Assembly: GCA_965248925.1 (NCBI GenBank)
Contig: CBDFLE010000006.1
Span: forward strand, 800,001 to 864,000
Direction of reading: 5' to 3'
Source of the DNA: Candidatus Multivoradales bacterium
GTDB taxonomy: Bacteria; Acidobacteriota; Thermoanaerobaculia; Multivoradales; J023
Length of the DNA stretch: 64,000 nt
In this document: positions 58,583 through 64,000 of the stretch, in pieces
How positions within the stretch are numbered: position 1 is the first letter of the stretch
Layout of the letters: every line of letters starts with the position of its first letter
The notes under the pieces: model-generated
Told to the model about the DNA's origin: nothing
Databases searched by the model: none
What the model saw: only the letters and a program-made list of their open reading frames with translations
Made by a program: the position numbers and the translations under genes

Positions 58583-60431
58583 CTAGGTCGGCCACCGAGA
58601 AGTAGGCCAGGTCGGCAGCCTGGCCCAGGGTGGGCACCAGCAGAGCGCGGTCGAGGAAGCGGTTGAAGCGCTCGCAGGAGGGCTCGGCGATGAACAGGCA
58701 GCCGTGGCAGGCAGCCCCTTCAAGGAAGCGTTCGGCGTAGTCGCCATCGGGGGAGTGGCTACCGCAGACCGGGTCGTTGGCGCACAGCGAGCCCAGGTCG
58801 AGCGCCCGCCTGAGGTGCTGGACAATCCGCCGGCCTTCCTCGACCAATCCTCCCAGAGTGCCCTCGGTGCCAGCCGAACCGGTCGACAGCAAGACCCCGG
58901 CCATCGGCCGCTCGCCGTCGTGAGCGGCGCAGTAGATGCGCTCGCGGATCGCCGCCGAGGGGTAGCCGCAGCGCAGTGAGATGGCGTTGATCAGCAGGTG
59001 GGAGAGGGAGTGCAGCAGGTAGAAACGGACGCCGGGATAGACTAGGTGGGAATCCGTGAGACCCCTGCTCCAGGCGGCAAAGCCGGCTTGCAGCTGGCGA
59101 TCTCGCTCGATCACCGCCGGCCGCTGCTCCCAGGCGTACAAGCGCTCCTCATCGAGCTCGATCAGCACCCCCTCGCCGCGGATCTCGCTAGCCGGCAGCC
59201 AGTCGGTGCTCAGGCCGAGGCGCTGGGATTGCACGCCGAGGTCGAACTCGCCTTCGAGGTCAGGGGTCACCGGCTCCAGGCGGGTGAACCCCACCTGCAC
59301 CCGCACCTCGCGCAGCTTGGGCGCCAGCACCAGGCTGGCAAGCCCTTCCGGCAAGCCCGCCGCAGGTAGAAAGCGACGGGCGAAGAAGTCCACTCCGGGA
59401 GGCGGCAACTCGCCGGGACGCTCATCGGGCTGGGCGCGGAAATGCTCGATCTCGGCGCTGCGCAAGGCCAGGCGTGGCATCGCCTCGCCACGACGAATGG
59501 CGGCAATGGTGGCCAGCACCTCCTGATCGGAACCAGCGACCGCCGCCCTGACCTTGGGCACCCTGCGCAAGGCCGGCAGATCCTCGGCGGTGGCCTCGGA
59601 CAGCACGTCCCACACCCCGCGGACCCGCTCTTCCAGCTGCCGCGCCGGATCGGGGATCGACAGGGCGCTGACGATCTGGGCAAAGTAGGCATTCGAGGCG
59701 CTGCGCACCAACAGTCGCTGGCGTTGATCGCAGGTCTCACGCCCCTCGACGCCGAGCCACGGACGGTGGCCGGGGCAGGGCAAGGCGAGATCGTGGATCA
59801 TTGCTCGCGACAGCCGCTGGCCGGCGCTGCAAGCGTCACAGACCACCCGGATCTCCGAGAAGTCGCCGGTGACGCCTTCGAGCAGCCGCAGCCGGGGCGC
59901 GGAACAGTGAGTCTTGGACTCGAGATGAGCGAAGCGGATCCAGGGAAAGTCTTGCAGGTGGCCATCGCTACAGGCGCTGAGGAAGCGCACCGGCACGGTC
60001 TCCGACGGCTTGTCCCGGCCGCAGTCGTGGACGTAGCGCTGGCGCTTCAGCAGCAGGGCATGCTTGCCGACCAGGGCGCGACAGCGGGGATTCTGGCAGA
60101 CGAACCAATTCGGCAGCTGCAAGGCCTGGACGCCATTCCACCGACCCGGCTCGCCATCGAGGCAGGCCGGCGGCAGGCGAAAGGGCTGATCTTCCGCCAA
60201 GTGGATCGGCGGCTCAATCTGGGCCAGGCGCTCCACCAGCTTGTCGCGCAGCCGGGGCTCGGCGACCGTCGGCAGAGGGCGATTGCCAGCATAGCTCCAG
60301 AAGTCCAAGCCACCGACCACCACCGCGTGGTCGAGCAGGTCCACCAACGAGCCAGGGCCATAGGTGCCGACCATCTGGCTACGGCGGATCTCGCCCTGGG
60401 GTGGCTCGCTGCGGCGCCGTCGGCGGCTCAT
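58575..60431 (-). CDS. drmB: DISARM DUF1998 protein DrmB
   Basis: IRRSQ...GPGSLVD, GEG, HSLSHLL, GTLGGL, C.NDPVC, ACHGC...E.SC. Confidence 0.92.
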   Translation of the reverse strand: MSRRRRRSEPPQGEIRRSQMVGTYGPGSLVDLLDHAVVVGGLDFWSYAGNRPLPTVAEPRLRDKLVERLAQIEPPIHLAEDQPFRLPPACLDGEPGRWNGVQALQLPNWFVCQNPRCRALVGKHALLLKRQRYVHDCGRDKPSETVPVRFLSACSDGHLQDFPWIRFAHLESKTHCSAPRLRLLEGVTGDFSEIRVVCDACSAGQRLSRAMIHDLALPCPGHRPWLGVEGRETCDQRQRLLVRSASNAYFAQIVSALSIPDPARQLEERVRGVWDVLSEATAEDLPALRRVPKVRAAVAGSDQEVLATIAAIRRGEAMPRLALRSAEIEHFRAQPDERPGELPPPGVDFFARRFLPAAGLPEGLASLVLAPKLREVRVQVGFTRLEPVTPDLEGEFDLGVQSQRLGLSTDWLPASEIRGEGVLIELDEERLYAWEQRPAVIERDRQLQAGFAAWSRGLTDSHLVYPGVRFYLLHSLSHLLINAISLRCGYPSAAIRERIYCAAHDGERPMAGVLLSTGSAGTEGTLGGLVEEGRRIVQHLRRALDLGSLCANDPVCGSHSPDGDYAERFLEGAACHGCLFIAEPSCERFNRFLDRALLVPTLGQAADLAYFSVADLGA

Positions 60432-63400
60432 CGCCCACCCCCGCCGAGGGGCTGGCGCTCCAGCCACAGGTGGACGGTGGGCTCGACATCGCGCATCGAA
60501 GTCGGCGCCGCGAAGCGAGCCTCCTCAGGGCCGCGATCGGCCGCCGTCTCGTCGAGGACGGTGAAGAGCAGCGGCGGTCCGCCGGAACGGTCGAGATCAA
60601 AGGGGGAGTAGCGCCGGCCACCGGCGGCGCCGCGCGCCTGCTCCATCACCAGCTGCCAGCTGTCGAGCAGCGCCTTGCCGATCTGCTCCAAGTCCCCGGT
60701 CCGCTGGCGCAGCGCCGCCTGGTCGAGGGAGCGGTGGCGACTGGCCCGCTCCACCAGCACCGCCACCGCCGCTTCGCCGAGCTGGCGGTGATCTTCGAGC
60801 TTCGTAACCGCCGGCCCGGGGGTCATCAGCGGATCGAGATGCCTCACCAGGGCAACCAGCGCGCCGGCCAGGCCGCGCTCCAGCGCCGGGCCGGAGAAGG
60901 GGGTCAGGCTCGACGCCTCGACATTGCGGTAGAAGCTCTCGTGGTAGGCGGTGAAGTGCTCGTAGTGGGAGCGATCGCGGGGCCGGTAGACGTTGAAGCA
61001 AGTCACCACCAACCCCGGTCTATCCTCCGGTTGGCGGCCCACCCGGCTCGACGCCTGGATGTACTCCGCGGTGGTCTTGGGCTGGCCCGCCACCACCATC
61101 AGGCCGAGGCGGCTGATGTCCACCCCCACCGAGATCATATTCGAGGCCAGCAGCACATCGACGTGATCGCGCTCGGCGTGGCCCCGGTCGAGCCGCGCCT
61201 TGGCCTCGGCGATGCGGCCGGTCGCCTCGCGGCTGGTCAGCTCTACCGGCTCGGCGGCCAGCCGGCGATCGCGCCACCAGCACCGCGGATCGGCGCCCTC
61301 GGGATGGCGACCGGTCTGCCGCCGGCAGCGCGACACCACCTCGTCTTCCACCAGCCGGCGCATGCCGCCGAGCTCGCGCAAGCTATTGAAATAGCCCACC
61401 AGAGTCATGTAGGCGTCGGCGGTGCTGTCACCACCGCGCTCCTGCCACAGCCGCTGGGCGGCGGTCAGCAAGATCACGTAGGTGCGCAGCAGCAGAGCCT
61501 TCATCGGCCGCCCAGGCGCCGCCAGACCGATGTAGAGCCGGCCCGGACTCTGGCGATCGACGGTAGCGAAGAAGGTCTCGCCGTCGTCGATCCCCGGCGG
61601 CGGAAAGATCGCCGGCGGCGCGGTGCGGCCAAACAGCGCCCGCACCTGCTCGGTGGCCTGGCGGACGGTGGCGGTAGCGGCGATCACCTTCGGCAAATAG
61701 GAAGAGCCCTCGCCGTCGCTGCTCCGGCAGAGAGCCTCGACGACGGTCTCGTAAAGCCCCACCATGGTGCCCAGGGGACCCGAGATCAGGTGCAGCTCGT
61801 CTTGCACAATCAGCTCCGGCGGCCGCAGGCCCTCCGGTAGCTGTCGGGCGTCGCGGGGCGGCTGATCGAGGGGGCCGTAGAACAAGCGTCCGTGTCGCCA
61901 GCTGGCGCGGCCGAAGAGCAGACCGGTTTCGCCACGCCAAGGCAGCATCGCCAGCTTGTCGACCGTAGCCACCAGGAAGCAGGGCAGCTCGCGGTAGATC
62001 TGCTCGTCGACAAAGAGCACCGGCAGGCCCTCGGGGCTCTCGTCGACATGGAAGGGGCAGTCGTCGGCACCGCAGTGGACGTGTACCTCGGTGGGCTGCT
62101 GCTGCGGATGCACGCGCAAGCTGCCCGGTTCGAAAGGGGTCTTGCACCAGGGGCATTCACTGAGCGGGAAGGGCGAGCTGGCGGTGCGACCCCGGCTGTT
62201 CTTGTAGGCAGTGATCTGCCGCGCCACTTCCTTGATGGTGTTGGCCGTGGCGCTCCTGCCCACCCACAGGCCGATCGCAAAACGGGTCTGGCCGAGGCGC
62301 GCTGGCTGCTCGCGGCGCAGCAGCTCGAGGGCACAGATCAAGGTAGCGGCGCGGCCCAACTGATCGAGGGTTAGCAGGCGCAGGGTGTAGCGCAGCAAGA
62401 TGGCGACCCCATCGCCACCGTCGAGACGCCCAGTACCGCGCAGGCGGCGCAACAGCAGAGTGACGGCAATTACCCCCAGATAGGCTTCGGTCTTGCCACC
62501 ACCGGTGGGGAAATAGATCAGCTCCACCCGCTGGCGGTCGGGGTGGGCAGGGTCGGCGATCGAGGGCAGATTGAGCAGCAGGAAGGCGAGCTGGAAGAGG
62601 CGCCACTCAGGCACCATGCCGGGGCGGGCCGATCGCGCCTGCAGTGCCATCGCCCGGTTCATCCAGCCAAAGGCCAGGCGCGCCTCGGCATCGCCGGCCA
62701 GCAGCTCGATCCCCTGGCGAACACGCTGCGAGGCGCGCTGGGCGTCGGCCATCAGCTGATCACGGGTTCGGCGGCGGTTATCGCTGCCCGGATCGACTGT
62801 CGCCTGCTCGGCGATCCAGCTCTCGTAGGCCGCCGGCAGCGCTTCCAAGCCACGGCGCAAAGCCTCGGGATCGTCCAGCTCGGCGAGTTCCTCCATGCCG
62901 ATGGTCAGTCCCTGCACCTGGACCGACTGCACCCGCCGGACCTCAGCGCGGGGGATCCAGGTGGTGCGCACCCGCCGCACCGGCTGACCCGCTGGCACCT
63001 CCGGCACCGCCACCGCCACACCGTGGCCGACAGCGACCTCAGTGCAGTGGCGGAACTGCAAATCGGCGATCAACTCGTCGGCATCCTCGGCGCTCTCGCC
63101 GCGCCAATTGGGCCGCGGTACGAACCCGTCGCCACACTCCAGCTCGAGGCTGACCTGGAACATGTAGCGCTCGTCGGCACGCCCCTGCTCCCCTTTGCCG
63201 CGGCGGTTGACCACGAAGAGGGACAGGGCCCGCGTGCCGGCAGCCAGACCCGGCGCCGCGGCGACCTCCAGCCGCCCTTGCAACCAGACACCGGCCGCCT
63301 CGGGCAGCTCGATACCGCGCGCCAACTGCGGCCGATCGAGGGGCAGGTCGAGGCTCAGCGGCAGCCGCGGCTGGCGACGCCAGAAACGCCGCTGGCGGCT

Positions 63401-63805
63401 CTCGCCGGTGGTCGGGTCCGAGTCCTCATGGTCTTCAGCCAAGTAGTCGGCCCAGCGCAAGGTGACGCGGACTTGGTCGTCACTCCCCTCCTGCCTCGCC
63501 GGCAGCAGCACCGACAAGCCGAGCGAAGCCGGCAGCAGATGACGCCGCTTCGGCCCGGCGTCGTCACTGCCAGCGTCCTCGTCGTCCAGGTCCGAGCCGG
63601 CGGCAGCGCCATCATCCAGCGGCTCGTTCTCGACCTCCCGCGCTTCCATCGGCGCCAGAAAACCGGTCAAATACCAGCGCGATGGCGGCAGGGGCAGCAG
63701 CTCGTCGCAGCGGTCGGGGCCGGTGGGGAGGTCGTAGGGACCGATCAGGTCGGCTTCGAGGGCGCGGACCAAGTACTCGCGGCTTTGAGTCAAATCGTTC
63801 GGCAT
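60428..63805 (-). CDS. drmA: DISARM helicase DrmA
   Basis: PTGGGKTEAY, YTLRLLT, QDELH, ISVGVD, EYIQASSRVGR, SMRDVE. Confidence 0.93.
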   Translation of the reverse strand: MPNDLTQSREYLVRALEADLIGPYDLPTGPDRCDELLPLPPSRWYLTGFLAPMEAREVENEPLDDGAAAGSDLDDEDAGSDDAGPKRRHLLPASLGLSVLLPARQEGSDDQVRVTLRWADYLAEDHEDSDPTTGESRQRRFWRRQPRLPLSLDLPLDRPQLARGIELPEAAGVWLQGRLEVAAAPGLAAGTRALSLFVVNRRGKGEQGRADERYMFQVSLELECGDGFVPRPNWRGESAEDADELIADLQFRHCTEVAVGHGVAVAVPEVPAGQPVRRVRTTWIPRAEVRRVQSVQVQGLTIGMEELAELDDPEALRRGLEALPAAYESWIAEQATVDPGSDNRRRTRDQLMADAQRASQRVRQGIELLAGDAEARLAFGWMNRAMALQARSARPGMVPEWRLFQLAFLLLNLPSIADPAHPDRQRVELIYFPTGGGKTEAYLGVIAVTLLLRRLRGTGRLDGGDGVAILLRYTLRLLTLDQLGRAATLICALELLRREQPARLGQTRFAIGLWVGRSATANTIKEVARQITAYKNSRGRTASSPFPLSECPWCKTPFEPGSLRVHPQQQPTEVHVHCGADDCPFHVDESPEGLPVLFVDEQIYRELPCFLVATVDKLAMLPWRGETGLLFGRASWRHGRLFYGPLDQPPRDARQLPEGLRPPELIVQDELHLISGPLGTMVGLYETVVEALCRSSDGEGSSYLPKVIAATATVRQATEQVRALFGRTAPPAIFPPPGIDDGETFFATVDRQSPGRLYIGLAAPGRPMKALLLRTYVILLTAAQRLWQERGGDSTADAYMTLVGYFNSLRELGGMRRLVEDEVVSRCRRQTGRHPEGADPRCWWRDRRLAAEPVELTSREATGRIAEAKARLDRGHAERDHVDVLLASNMISVGVDISRLGLMVVAGQPKTTAEYIQASSRVGRQPEDRPGLVVTCFNVYRPRDRSHYEHFTAYHESFYRNVEASSLTPFSGPALERGLAGALVALVRHLDPLMTPGPAVTKLEDHRQLGEAAVAVLVERASRHRSLDQAALRQRTGDLEQIGKALLDSWQLVMEQARGAAGGRRYSPFDLDRSGGPPLLFTVLDETAADRGPEEARFAAPTSMRDVEPTVHLWLERQPLGGGGR

Positions 63806-63880
63806 AATCTTCTGCGGTCAACTGAGTCTTTTACACTCTTTTGCGAGGCAGCAAGGCAGGAGTCCCTCGGGCTTCTCACA

Positions 63881-64000
63881 TCACTCGAGGCCGAGCTGCA
63901 ATTTGGCTACCTTGTGGGAGATGTGCAACCCTTTCTTGGCTTCACGGCGAGCCGCTGCAAGGCCTCCGTCAAAGTCGTCGTCATCAGACTCGTCATCGGC
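63881..64000 (-). CDS. 3' end of a second copy of the small antitoxin-like gene (runs off the window)
   Basis: ...ADDESDDDDFDGGLAAARREAKKGLHISHKVAKLQLGLE*; about 21 mismatches in 120 nt versus 50185-50304 by hand count. Confidence 0.75.
   Translation of the reverse strand, partial: ADDESDDDDFDGGLAAARREAKKGLHISHKVAKLQLGLE

Overview
High-GC bacterial window. The gene content suggests Acidobacteriota, but that is inference. The first ~29.6 kb is housekeeping and accessory metabolism: NRPS accessory genes (MbtH, PPTase, type II thioesterase), a pseudokinase, an MntR-linked metal-uptake-like cluster whose Cys-rich leader ORF is split by an IS1182-type element, a mevalonate cluster of the haloarchaeal/Chloroflexi type (MvaD plus isopentenyl phosphate kinase, no phosphomevalonate kinase), two-component genes, two tandem GT-C membrane proteins, DUF1684 and typA. 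The rest is a defence and accessory region. A ~19 kb island lies between two apparently identical 632-bp copies of the typA 3' end and has no integrase. It encodes a SNF2-DUF3883 / DUF1156 / DUF499 restriction-like system, YhcG, a PD-(D/E)XK nuclease and a GmrSD-Schlafen(AlbA_2) fusion. The methylase and the GmrSD-Schlafen gene are each split by an IS, and both can be rebuilt in frame. Further on are VapBC, two orphan antitoxin-like paralogs with decayed RelE-like toxin starts, a Cys-rich peptide / propeller-like / multi-Ig trio, a tandem HTH-repeat protein, NmrA and DISARM drmABC. No rRNA, tRNA or CRISPR array was recognised. All family calls come from motifs read by eye; no database searches were run.
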